This document shows, piece after piece, positions 52,044 through 64,000 of a DNA stretch of 64,000 nucleotides. Every line of letters begins with the position of its first letter. Position 1 is the stretch's first letter. The DNA is taken from contig OX597817.1 of NCBI GenBank assembly GCA_951406725.2, forward strand, positions 64,852,001-64,916,000, given 5' to 3'. Under the pieces are notes generated by a model, which saw nothing but the letters and a program-made list of their open reading frames with translations, was not told where the DNA came from and made no database searches. Source of the stretch: Octopus vulgaris. Lineage: Eukaryota. Made by a program: the position numbers and the translations under genes.

Positions 52044-55000
52044 TAGCTCCTGAGCACTTGACAACAATGGCAAGTCAGCAAGGAAGTTTGGCAGCATCTA
52101 CAACATGGTGTAACCCTATATTTCCAGCTAGTGCCAAAATGGCAGCTATGCTATCTGGTGGAGATACTGGTACAACCAAGGAACAGCTAAATAATCCATC
52201 GGCTGTTAGTGGCAGTGGGGTGGCCGTGTCCCACAGTAGAGCCCCTGTCAGTAGTACTTGCTCGTTGTCCAACATCACGAGTCGTGGATCAGGCACCACC
52301 GAACAATCAGATGCCTCTCAGCAGCTTTCTCACCAAGTGCTGTCTTCTCTGGCCCTTGCAACACTGTCCAGTGAGCTGGACAAAGCAGGACTGACTCAGG
52401 AAATCTCCAAATTAGCTGAAAGTAAGAACACGGACATTTCAAGTTTAGGAAAGGACAAACTGAACACTCTAATAAACACAGATGTCACCACAGCAATACT
52501 ATGTCCTTCTAGTAGATCATTTGCATCATTATCACATCTAATGTCATCTGATGTTGAACTTTTTAACAAGTCTATTACAACAGAAGAATTCCAACAGCCT
52601 AAGGTACAAGTTGATTGCAACAATGGACTGAATGGTGGCATTTTTCTTTCTCAACCAGGCCAATCAAAAGAAATTGAGATATCAGTGTGCAGTTCTCTAA
52701 AAGACTCTTCATCAGGTGTTTTGGACAAATGTGCAATGATGGAGAAAACTACCCTGCAGGTGACAGTGGCCGACTTGAGTAACATCCTTGGTAGTGGCCT
52801 ATCGGCGATTTTATCTTCTAACAGCACTCTTGCTGAATCTACCATGAGTAGTAGTCACAGTAATAGTGGCAGTAGTGCTGGGCTTGCTAGTACAACTACA
52901 GGGAGTACGAATGTTTGTTCTACAAACTCCCTGAAAGTGTCACTTGGAGCAGCTAGCTGTCAAGATTCAGCCAAAGGGTCCAACATCACGAGCATTTATA
53001 CGAAACGGTCAGGCTCAACATCTGTAAACACAGTAAATTGCTTACCGCACTTATATGCCCCTGACTTGCCCTTACCAAAGAGACTCACTGAATCAGTTCA
53101 GCGCCTAGTAAAGCCCCTTCCATCAAGTGACCACTCTCTACCTCGCATTCGTAAGTCTCCTGTCAGTAGCTCCATCCGACAGCAGGCAGTTAGTACGTCT
53201 ACATCTCCTCGTTCTAGTCCACACCATGGCAAACACCCCCCAATTGGCTCACCACGAGCACAGACTCTTGTAGATCACATACACACTTCATCCCAAGCTC
53301 CAGTTTCTCCTCTCAACTCATCATCACTTTCTTCTAGTCAGAACTCTTGGGTTCTCTCAAGCCACACAAGCACACCTCAACTTTCAACTATGCATAATAT
53401 GGTCCAGAGTCTACCAGCTCCCCTGGTTAGTTACACTCCATCAACTCTGGCTCAAGTGGCCTCATTAGATCACCAATCTTTCTCTCAGGTTTATCCTGGA
53501 GAAAACCTATCAACTCATGCAACTGCTTCTACTTCTGCCATGGGTAATGTAACCCAGAGACTTGGCTTGCAACATTTAGAACACCAGCAGGTGCTGATAG
53601 ATTCTCCAGAGGATAAAACCTTAGATTCTTCTGAACGGATTCTAAATTCTTTTGATGTGCCTGTAAGTCTTCACTCGTCGGTAATTCCACCATCTCAACA
53701 GCAGCAGTTCTTGACGACAGCGAGTAGTATCACTACACTGCCTGCAGCATTGTCTGGAACCAAACAGCGGGACTTAAATAGAAATCTAGACTGTCAAGTT
53801 GAAGAGCATGTGGTTAATTTTCTGGCATCAACTGCTAGAAAAGGCAGCACCCCTACTAACACGATCACCCCCACCACTTTAACCATCACCAACACAGCTT
53901 CGTCCTCTCCCTTATGCTCTTCATTTTCCACATCCTTCTCCACATCCATTTCACACACTGCTGAAATATCTCATGGGACTTCTGTCTCCTATGTTGACAG
54001 TTTAGGGGCTCCTAATATCCTCTCATCTTTGAACATTGCTACCCATGCAAATCAGATGACATTGGCATCTGCTCTCCAAGCAAGTCAGTCTTCATCTAAT
54101 GTGACGTTGGCTGAATCACATCATCAACAACAGCAACAGCAAAATCATCATCATCAGCAACAAACTAATCCTAGGAGTGTTAACCAAAATGCGTCCCAAT
54201 TAGCATTGGAACGGTTTCAGCTTCAGTCTGGTGCTATGAACTATGAGTCTAGTAGTAAACTGTTGACACAGCCAACTACCGCTGTGCCCTCAAGTGAAAG
54301 CTTAACTAGTTTCACCAATCAGCAGAGCCTACCAGGTTTGAGTGCAGAAGCAACATCTGAACAATTGTCAATGCAAAGGGTGTCTGCAGCAGTTTCTGTT
54401 CCACTGCCTGTTGCTGGTCAGCAGGCTGCCTTGCAAACCCACCTCACTGAAGCTGTGAGCTCTAATCTCAATGTGCACAATGGTAGCAAGAGGCCGGCAG
54501 GAAACTTAGCTGAGAAAAGTGAGAAGCATTTGCAGAGCACAGATTATGAAAGTACACCATCGCTTAGTTCAGCAGAAGGGAACTGTTTGACCACTGTTAC
54601 AAATCCACAGGATTCAGATAGTGCCATTACATGCCCAGATGAAGCAGCTCAGGTCCCAGCTGTCACATCAGAGCAGAAGACATCTGTAGGTAGTTTGCAT
54701 GCTGAAGAAACAGGCGGAAATGTGGAGGGTGACACACAGAATCACACTGATGCTATTAAACCCTTTGAGCCTGCCAATACAACATCATCTCCTGTGAATC
54801 GTGTGTGTCATCAAGCTGAGTTAGCTAACATGGGCAATGGAGAGCAGCATCACCAGCGATCGGAACATTCTCTCAGGGAACATGATTCTAGTAATTCTTC
54901 TGGCACTGCAGCTGACCAGCTCAGTGAAGGAACCAGTTCTAGTTCTCAAAGTTCAGGTGCTAATCTTGGTAACACGCTGCCCAGTAAACTCTCCCATGGG

Positions 55001-55439
55001 GTCAGTCCTGATCAGTCCGCGTTGGCTGTGCCAACAGAAGACTCGCATCGAACCTCAGAAGCTGATGCGGTTTTGTGCAACAATATTGACAGCCAGAGTG
55101 CAACTGTAGTGTCTCATGAGTCTGTCAATGACTGCAGATCTACAGAACAAGATGCTGTACAGGAAGCCAGCAACAATTCTGAATCTCATCAGGATTCAGC
55201 TACTTCAGCTATAACTGATGGGCAACACCTAGAAAAAGAGAAACAGGTAGAATTGGTGGAGAACTGTATCCAGTCTCATGACTGGCTTCCTAATAAGGAA
55301 GCGATGGAAAGCAATGTTACAAAACAGAGCGATGGTGGTGAGAAAGTGGATGGAAGTGATTGTAAAGAATCGTCTGATGTCAAACCTCCACTTATCCGGC
55401 GTGGAAGGCCTGGTGCCCAGGAGCGGTCAGTTGCTAGCA
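52044..55439 (+). CDS. NCOA6: NCOA6-like, second giant low-complexity exon (3396 or 3393 nt)
   Basis: 1134-codon open frame in AT-rich DNA; long polypyrimidine tract then TAGTAG (52041-52046), phase-compatible with the previous donor; donor A|GTAAGT at 55440. Assignment to this gene rests on strand, phase and composition, not on a recognised domain. Confidence 0.82.
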
Positions 55440-58400
55440 GTAAGTCATTGATTATTTATTAATATTCTCAGTTGCATCTATGACATTTCAGCTTCACTAA
55501 TTAATTCTCAGTTTTGATTTTCTTTTTGTCAATATTCTGCCTTAACTTCCATTTTCCATCTCAACTATTTACATAATGCTATGTTTATGGCTCTAATGTA
55601 TTTTAACATCTCCAAACAAAAGAGGTAGTTGCCCATCATATATATGTGTGTGCCTGTGAAATTGCTGAGGTGGTTGTTTAGCCCTAGTCAACCCTGATCA
55701 AGCAGATCTATGGGAAAAAGCATTCTAGATGGTGTATCTGGAATGCTTTGTTCACTATTTCTAGCTGGTTGATTATGCAACAGTTTCCTTGGCTCAGATT
55801 TATTGAGCTAAAATAGTTGAGTGGGTGAATTGTGAGGACTATAAGCTCTTAGACAGGGAAATCACATTCTACTGCTGTTTTTTTTTGAGGTGGTTAGAGT
55901 AATAAGTGTTTAGTGTAGCAATAGAACATGAATTGTAATAAGGTGGCATAATGTAGAAACATGAGATTTTTAAATAAAAAGCCTGGATAGGGTAAAGAAA
56001 ATGAAAACTTAGGAGGTAGTATTACCCAACACATTGAAGATGAGAAGCTGAGATTGAGAGTGGAGAAAAGTTGATATTCTAAAGGGATAGTAGTTTGTAA
56101 AAAATAAGAATATACATGGTAAGAGAAAACTTACCTGTGGTGTGGCTATGGTTTTTATAGCTAGTTCAGAGAAGAATATTAAGACAAATGTATAACACGA
56201 TGTCGGGTTTGTATCACAGTATAACTAGCAGGTTTACTGATGTAGACAACAAAGTGAATGCTCCATTACTGGAGGGTTGTAGGGATACTACTGATGGTTT
56301 CATTTTTATGCAGTAATTCAAAGGTGAATACACTTTTTTCTTTATCCACGAGAATCTTACTGATCAATACTGCAATGTAATTAAATATTTGTTGATTATT
56401 TTAACGTACTTCATTGAACTGTATCTCATCTAGATACATATTTATAACTAGCTGGACATGGAAAGAGAGAATTGTTTTTACTAAGGATACAATGTAGCAC
56501 CCTTACAAGGGTAGGATCTGTTCACCCTTCAGCTAGTAGTCCAGCTTTTTATCTACTTACCCAGCTGAAATGCTTAAGGATAATGATGTTAGCGTACATG
56601 TTGGCTTGAATTTGAAGACATCAGGGTAGATAAAGAACAGATTAACATTATGGAAAACAGAATTAGCAGTGAATCCTCTTTGTGAGTAATGAAAGAATAC
56701 TCGCTCACAAAGAGAAATAACATGAAATATAAAGCTCTCAAGAGATGTGATTACTGACATTTCAAGCAAATCTTGGGATATTTCAATTTCTCAGTTAAAA
56801 GAGATTTGCTTGAAACATCACTACTCACAAAATCTCCTTAGTGTATAACTATCTAAATTTCAAACATTATTAAATGAATTTTGTCATTACTGACCACCAT
56901 GTCTTTCCTCAGATTATTTTCAAGAACTTTTGAACAGCAACAACTAGACTCTCCAATGAAATCTCTTGTAGTTTTAACACTGATAATGAGGAAATAGCTG
57001 TTACTTTGGTTTGATTGTGTATCGTAAATTTCAGCTGAAATTCTACTTGTAAGTTTGGTCTAGCAATCTGGAAGTTCACATTATGAAATCCTATTAGAGG
57101 TCTTTGTATATTTGATGTAATAGTGGGGAGTGTTTCTGGGTAACTGTCTGAAATATGAATGTTCTATGGATCACCACTTTAACATTGCTGTCTCAGGATT
57201 GGCCATCAACAAAGAGTTATATCCCTTATGATGATTTATTAACCAGCTGTATTCAACTTGTCAAAAGTTGAATCTCAGGATTCACTGTAGTTACAGCAAC
57301 AACATAGTGCTGTAACTATTGAAGAAGCAATTTAGATAACTCTTGTCTAAATGTTAAAATGGGAAGACCTGATTGGGTTCAAGTTAAGCTAAAAAGATGT
57401 GACCTTCAGTTGAAGGGTACCAAATACTTATTGCTAAGATAAGATTCTGATGGTATAGTTATGCTCTATGAATAAGTAAGTATTTCTAATATAGTCTTGA
57501 TGCTGAAAATTTTTAAAGAAGAAATAGTAAGTTGTGGCTGTAGTGCTTCTCATTAAAATCTTTAGTGATATAATTGAAGTGAAATGGTTCCAGTCATAAA
57601 TTAACACTGAGACATGAAGTTGATTTGTTGGAAACACTCCATTGTTTATGTTTGTAGTTTTTTGGGTTGAGGGAATGCCACATTATAGCATTGAAGACTT
57701 TAGCAATGGTGTTAGTGAAGTGTAACAGCTGCACTTGAAAATTGTGGACCTGGTTCACTGGGCCTACCTTGTGAATAAATAATGAGAATTGTATTGATGT
57801 GAAAATCTAACTTAAATCTGTGGCAAGCAGAATCCTCTGCTTTCTATAAAATCTTCATTTTCGCACATGTTTACATTTCCAAATAGGTTACTTCTAAAAA
57901 GTAAGCATGCTATATCTGCATACTTCTAATTTCTATGCTATTAGTCTGTATTGAACAAATTATTATTCTCGTCTTTTGTGTTTCTTGCTAAAATATATAT
58001 TCAGTCAATATATTACCTTCTTCTATAGAATTGTATTTTTTAAAGACTAATTTCTGATGTTTTTATTGAAGGCCTAGAATGTAGATATAACTCTAATTGG
58101 TGTATTATGTTTTACATACATTTAACAAAACATATAAACATAAAAAGAAAGATAAAAGAAGTACTGATTAACACATGTAAATTGACAGCACAAATAATAA
58201 TGATGGCGATTTGTATGGAAGGGCAGAATATATCAGTCATTGAATTGGAGCCATGTTTGAAAAATACATTTACTGGCTTAATTTATCATATCAAATTCAG
58301 TACTATATTTTAGTTTGTTACACACTTGGTTTGTCAAGCCACAGAGTTATGGGACTGATAAATATAACCCTACAACCAAGCAAAATGGGTTTTCATGTTG

Positions 58401-58782
58401 TTTCTGTCTTCCAAAATTTGATCAAAAGAAATTGATCAACCCAAGGCTATAGTGGAAGATGCCACCCAATGGGATCAACTCTGAAACCACATAGTTACAA
58501 AGCCAACCTCATAAACATACAGCCATGGTTGTGCCTATATGTAAATACATTTTTCTATTCTACATTGTTGCCATATTATAAGAAAAATTAAAATTTACTG
58601 GGAAGTTTCGCTTTTTCTAGTACTAAAATTTACTGTTTGTGTGCTATTTGTTGGAATAAAAATGTTCTTAGTGTTGAATAATTTTCTCTATCTCCTATCA
58701 CCATCTCTTAAATTACCTGTATCACTAGCTGACTAACTCCACAGCTTAGGTGACCTAATTAAATTGTTGATGTTTTCTGCAG

Positions 58783-58917
58783 GTGTTCGTGATCGTTCTC
58801 CTGTGAAAGTGCGCAATAAGCTGTCTGATGCTGCTGCCTCATCCACAGCTGAACATAAGGAGGAATTGCCTGCCGAACCAGTGAAACGTTCAACGCGTGG
58901 TTCAACTCGACCAAAAG
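58783..58917 (+). CDS. NCOA6: NCOA6-like, downstream 135-nt coding exon; gene continues beyond window
   Basis: Acceptor gttttctgcag ends at 58782, donor AAG|GTAATA at 58918; phase 1-1; reads (S)VRDRSPVKVRNKLSDAAASSTAEHKEELPAEPVKRSTRGSTRPK in frame with the previous exon. Confidence 0.78.
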
Positions 58918-59152
58918 GTAATATTTTTGTTTTAACCTCCACCATGTGGCCACCTTTGCTTTGCTTTGGCTAACAACTTGATATTTTCAAATTTTTTGGC
59001 ACTCTAATTAAGTAAGAAGCTTTGCATTTGAGATTACTGTCAGGTTTCGCTTTATTAAAATCTTGATTGCATGGATTGAAGCAAAGAATCGAAAATCATT
59101 GTTTACAGATAAATGTTTACTGTTCACTCAAAAGAATATCCTTTAGAAGTTA

Positions 59153-60175
59153 CTAGCATTAAAGACCTGTCGTTGCCAGGTCATAGTGCTAGTGCATGTA
59201 TATATGTGTACATATTACATGTACATCTATATATATACATCTACACATAAAATACAAAATACAAAGTTATATCTTGATATCGCTAGCAATTACAATACTC
59301 AACATATATAACAGACTGGAATTGTTAGCCCGTCTCTTGTAATTTTGATCAATTGTATCTTGTCCTCCCTCTTGTATAGAAATGTGGCTACAATCCAGCC
59401 TGCCTCTACCGGGGGGGAGGGGGATTAAAAATTTTCCCCGGGACATCCTATGTCACAGATATAAAGGTAAAAATAAAATATTTCCACTTTGCAAGTTCAA
59501 GTCGAGTACTCCCTTGTACGCTCCGTTGACTCGAGCCTTGCTTCTATTGTGGTGAAATTACTGCCTCTGATTAGATACCTTTCATAGTCGCACCAAGACA
59601 CTTTTGGAAGGTGCTTTCCTCCATGTGTTCAAATCTTCTTTTTTCTCTACATTGTATACTTTATAGACAATAGTCTTTTCTTTAATTTAATTTTTTATTA
59701 TCCATCTGGACTATTCCATTTCTGCACGCTAATTTTATTTTTAATTTATTCCCATTCACGTGAAACCACTTATTCAAGTTCAAGTCATTGATGCAATTTT
59801 ATACCAATTGCTATTTTTACTTTTGTTATGTTATGATTATATTATACTTTAGTTTGATTTTAATTATTACTTACTACATATAATTCAATTGTTATTATTA
59901 TTTTTATTGTTTAAGTGAAAGTATCTGACATAAAATAGAGAAACATTTTTGTTTCACTTTTAACATGTAATACTGAAATAGTGGAGAAGATATGATATTG
60001 CTATGGGCTCGCTCTAGGCAAGAAGTTGAACATTTTTTTGCCCATGAAACTACATGGACCCTAAGTAAGGCATGTGTAAAATTTGAATGAAATTGGTTGT
60101 GTAGTTCTCAAGTTTTAGGGAAACACAGACAGACAGACAGACAGACACACATTCTCAGTTTTATATATATAAAGA
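59153..60175 (-). mobile_element. non-autonomous Helitron
   Basis: A|TC 5' end followed by (TGTC)n, GACCTG...CAGGTC hairpin and CTAG|T 3' end. Confidence 0.78.
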
Positions 60176-60520
60176 TTTGCAATTAATATATCAGCACTAT
60201 TTTTCTCTCACTTCTTGTCTATGGCAGTGTTAAATAGAGCATTTATGGTACTGCTATTATTTTGTGTTTGTCTGGGCTAATCACAATGTTTTGTATAATT
60301 TATTGCTGAGAGCAGTAATAAATGAATTTCTGTGAAATTAATCGGCTATATGTTGGCTTGTAGTTCAGTCCTTCTCAAAGGGAAAGATATTTGCAGGAGA
60401 CTGATATCAAGACCAGAAACAAATTTGCCTCAGCTTCATACTTACGTAAGCTGAAGCCAATTATCAGCCATATAAGCCCTGCATATGCATGGGAGAAAAT
60501 AAAAATTCTTTCCATTATAG

Positions 60521-60655
60521 TAGTGGTTCCCAACTTGGGGTCCGCGAACTCCTGGTAGTCCGCAAAGGTAAGATAAGCCTATTAGAAGGGGTCCATAGGA
60601 AAATTTATTTAAATAAAAGGATTGGGAGCCACTGTGAAAAGGTTGGGAACCATTG
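60521..60655. mobile_element. hAT-type MITE remnant
   Basis: tagtggttcccaac ... gttgggaaccattg TIRs; TSD not preserved. Confidence 0.6.
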
Positions 60656-60679
60656 TGCTATTGACACAAAACTTGAATC

Positions 60680-62680
60680 TTTTGGTAGGGTCCAAACTGA
60701 TGGCATTGACCCCAGTGCTCAACTAGTATTTTATCAACTTCAAATTCTGCCAAGGCCAACTTTACCTTTCATCTTTTTGAACTCAGAATGTAAAGCCAGA
60801 AGAAATGCAGCAAAGCTCATTGTCCAGCATGCTAATGGTTCTGCTGTATCACTGCCTCCACCTTAATAATAATAAAAATAATAATAATCCTTTCTAATAT
60901 AGACGCAAGGTCTAAAATTTTGGGGGTGGGGACGAGTTGATTACATCAACCTCAGTGTTTCACTAGTACTTAATTTGTTGACCCTGAAAGGATTAAAGGC
61001 AAGGTTGACTTTAGTGGAATTTGAACTCAGAACATAGCGATGGGCTAAATACTGCTAAGCATTTCACCTGGCATGCTAATGATTCTGTCAGCTTGCCACC
61101 CCTCATAAATAATAATAATAATATGCCCTGATGCAATACCAGGCACTGGCTCTCATAGCTTCTGATCTTAACTGATTGGAAGTGTTATAATGTACATGTT
61201 TGTCTTGGTATAAAAGGTCATATGCTGTTTATCTTGATATGAGATCACCATACCATGCACATAGTTGTAATGTATGTTTTGTGTATCCTTATCAGATTAG
61301 TAGTCACGATGGGCTTTGTATATTTGTATCCCAGTACCACTTTGGCATGCATTGCTCTCTCTCACTCACTCAATAATAATAATATAATAATCCTTTCTAC
61401 TGAAGGCACAAGGTCTGAAATTTTGAGGGAGGAAACTAGTTAATTACATCGACCCTAGTGTTTCACTGGTACTTAATTTATTGACTTTGAAAGAATGAAA
61501 GGCAATGTCAACCTTGGCAGAATTTGAACTCATTATGTAGTGACAGGTGAAAAACTGCCAAGCATTTTGCCTGGTGTGCTAAGAATTCTGCCAGTTTGCC
61601 GCCTTAATAATAGTAATAATAATAATAATGATAACAATAATATTAATGATGATTTCATTTATTTGCCACAAGGGTGAAGGATGAGGGAGACAATACAAAG
61701 ACAAAGTGTGAGGGTTTACACATAATGAAATGATTAAAAAAAGGAAAGAAATTAAGTATACACAGTATATACTGAAAACGAAGGGACATATGCATAGCAT
61801 ACAAAGGTTAAGAAAAAAAAGTGGTAGGGAGGATGATAGACATGTGGCCTTCCTGATACAGGAAGGCCTCTTGGGATAATCAAGGAACCCATTATCCAAG
61901 ATATCCCTGATATCACAAAAACAAGTGCCCTCTCCAATTCCTTTTCTCCTGCTCACTGGTCTACACTTAGAGAAATACCATCCACTCTTGCCATTTTTGC
62001 AACTTTCACCTTCCTGTCAATAAACTCACTCAAGGACAGCACTTCCCTCTCCACTCACAACTTCCTTTTCAAGTGAAACTTGAAGAAGTCCGTGAGAGCC
62101 CTACCAAAGAGGAATGTCTCTGTCCTCATGCCTTTCAGTCTTGTCCACTAAACAACTTCTTCGGCTACAGTTACCAGGCAAAGGAAAACTGCCTTGCCTG
62201 CCTGATTGAAGGAGGGTGGTGGTACGATCATCACTACAGACTCAACTGGCAGATGGATCCATCCCACACTTGACAGCAGCTGTTTGGCTTAACCTCATGA
62301 ATCAGCAATGCTTGGACACTGAATGAGAGCGTGCAGGATGGTTTTTTGGCATTTCATCCATGTTTTCCATTCTGAGTTCAAATCCCACCGAAGTCGACTT
62401 TGCTTTTCATTTTTTTGATGAACTGGTACTTATTTCAATAAAGTACCAGTGGAGCACTGGGTCTCTCACATAAAATAACTGACCTCATGCCAAAATTTGA
62501 AACTAATAATCCTTTGTACTATAGGCACAAGGCCTGAAATTTTGTGGGAGGGAGCCAGTTGATTAAATTGACTCCAGTATGCAACTGGTACTTTATTGAC
62601 TCCAAAAGGATGAAAGGCAAAGTTGACCTCGGAATTTGAAGTCAGAATGATTCTACCAGCTTGCTGCCTTAATAATAATA
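60680..62680. mobile_element. cluster of same-family SINEs in both orientations
   Basis: Minus copies at about 60885-61105, 61385-61605, 62505-62670; plus copy at about 62345-62505; separated by (AAT)n. Confidence 0.75.
61650..62275 (-). mobile_element. Tx1/L1-like LINE 3' end
   Basis: Minus strand reads AVFLCLVTVAEEVV*WTRLKG...FFKFHLKRKL*VEREVL, then a pyrimidine-rich 3' UTR ending GCAAATAAATGAAATC next to an AAT-rich tract. Confidence 0.55.
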
Positions 62681-62681
62681 A

Positions 62682-63995
62682 CTAGCAGTATAGCCCGGCG
62701 TTGCCTGGGATTAAGTTAGGGTTATTTAGTGATCAAGTGCTTTATTTCAAACCAAAATAAGTGACACCAACATCAAATTTGAGTGAAATCTGTTGAAATT
62801 GGTAAACGTTTGGCTGAAAATGGGTTGCAGGCAATTTGATTGGGAAACCCCATAAGGAATCGGTTTATTGATTATTTCTACTCATCGATTTTTTTTTTTT
62901 AATGAGAACTTAAAGCATTCAAAGATCCCATGAGTTTTAAGTAATGCTGGCATCAAATTTGAGCAAAATATGTCAAAATTGGTATAAGTTATGGCTGAAA
63001 ATGGGGTGTAGCCAATTTTAGTGGGAAATCCCCATAAGGAATCGGTTTATCAATTTTTTATCCTGATTGAATGGAAAACCCCAAATGGATGCCTGCCACC
63101 GATAGTGTTTGGCCTTGAGATTTGTTGCTGGACATGGCTAAGCATGGTCTCACTGCGACCTGTGGAAGTTAAGCGGCATGTCTGACCCTGAGGGATAAAG
63201 CTGCATCCTTGAAATGAAAACATTTTCACCCCTCCTGCACCCTGTAACAATGGTGGCCTCAATCAAGTGGGGCACCAGGGACTTGATTACTAAGCGGGTC
63301 CCATTGCACTGTTTAGGCAGAAGCAAGTTTCTGATTAGCATAATTGGGTATCCAACCCATAGCTTAAGAATGTGAGGTGGAAGTCTTGCTGGTTCCAATA
63401 AATTGAGAAACTCGATAGGGTAATTGACAATGTCTTAGGGGTCAGAGGTCCGGTCAATTGATTTGTAGATGTGCTCCTCACCCAGAATTTGGCTTATAAG
63501 CTGGTCGTTGATTGCACTGACAGCTACGTTTTTGGGAGCCAGGATGGTTCTTTCACTGAGCCAATTGATGTCTGTATAATTTGATTATAAAATATAGTGT
63601 CTTTCAAAAACATCCTAAATTTGAATACTATATCTTGTGTTTAAGAAAAAAAACACATTTTAATTTTGGTGAACGTTGTCACTTTCTCTCTCCCTCACTC
63701 ACACATGCATCAACACAACTTCTCTCTCTCACACACACATTTTCACTTCGCTATGGTAAGAAGGGACTTAACTCATGTTACCAAACTTCAAAATTGGTAA
63801 AAGTTACGGTTGAAAATCGATTTCTACTGCTATCCGCAGGTACCTCTGGGAAAATAATTTGACGAAAATACAGCTATGGTCGTGACAAATGTCCTCCTAA
63901 AATTGGAGCGACATGCGTGCTAATTTGTGGATGTGCAAAATTACATTCACGTACACACACACACACACACACATCCTGCCTCTTATATATACAGA
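62682..63995 (-). mobile_element. non-autonomous Helitron retaining a PIF1-helicase fragment
   Basis: Minus strand A|TCTGTATATATAAG ... cccaggcaacgccggg hairpin, CTAG|T; ORF remnant PPHILKL...PIMLIRNL...CNGTRLVIKSL...IEATIVTG. Confidence 0.9.
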
Positions 63996-64000
63996 TAATT

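Noticed and set aside
56850-57800. Possible extra coding region or LINE on the minus strand
   Set aside because: Only faint RT-like remnants; too degraded to call.
63150-63398. Cellular PIF1 helicase gene
   Set aside because: Interrupted fragment enclosed by Helitron termini.

Overview
AT-rich, intron-dominated eukaryotic DNA. The SINE, RTE, MITE and microsatellite content suggests an octopus (coleoid cephalopod); this is an inference. One protein-coding gene is supported, on the + strand: an NCOA6 (ASC-2/NRC) ortholog with four coding exons here (25771-25891, 40090-43194, 52044/52047-55439, 58783-58917). All introns are phase 1 and the gene continues past the window. The rest is transposon debris: RTE and Tx1-like LINEs, tRNA-type SINEs, mariner/maT, a piggyBac cluster, hAT and TTAA MITEs, Helitrons and Penelope-like (PLE) repeats. 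The most notable signal, not shown by the ORF track, is three hammerhead ribozyme motifs in PLE-like repeats inside the first coding intron, all antisense to the gene. Two of them share an extended, covarying helix II. One sits in a complex duplication with a junction 7 nt from the position equivalent to its predicted self-cleavage site. All calls were made by eye and repeat boundaries are approximate unless TIRs or TSDs are quoted.
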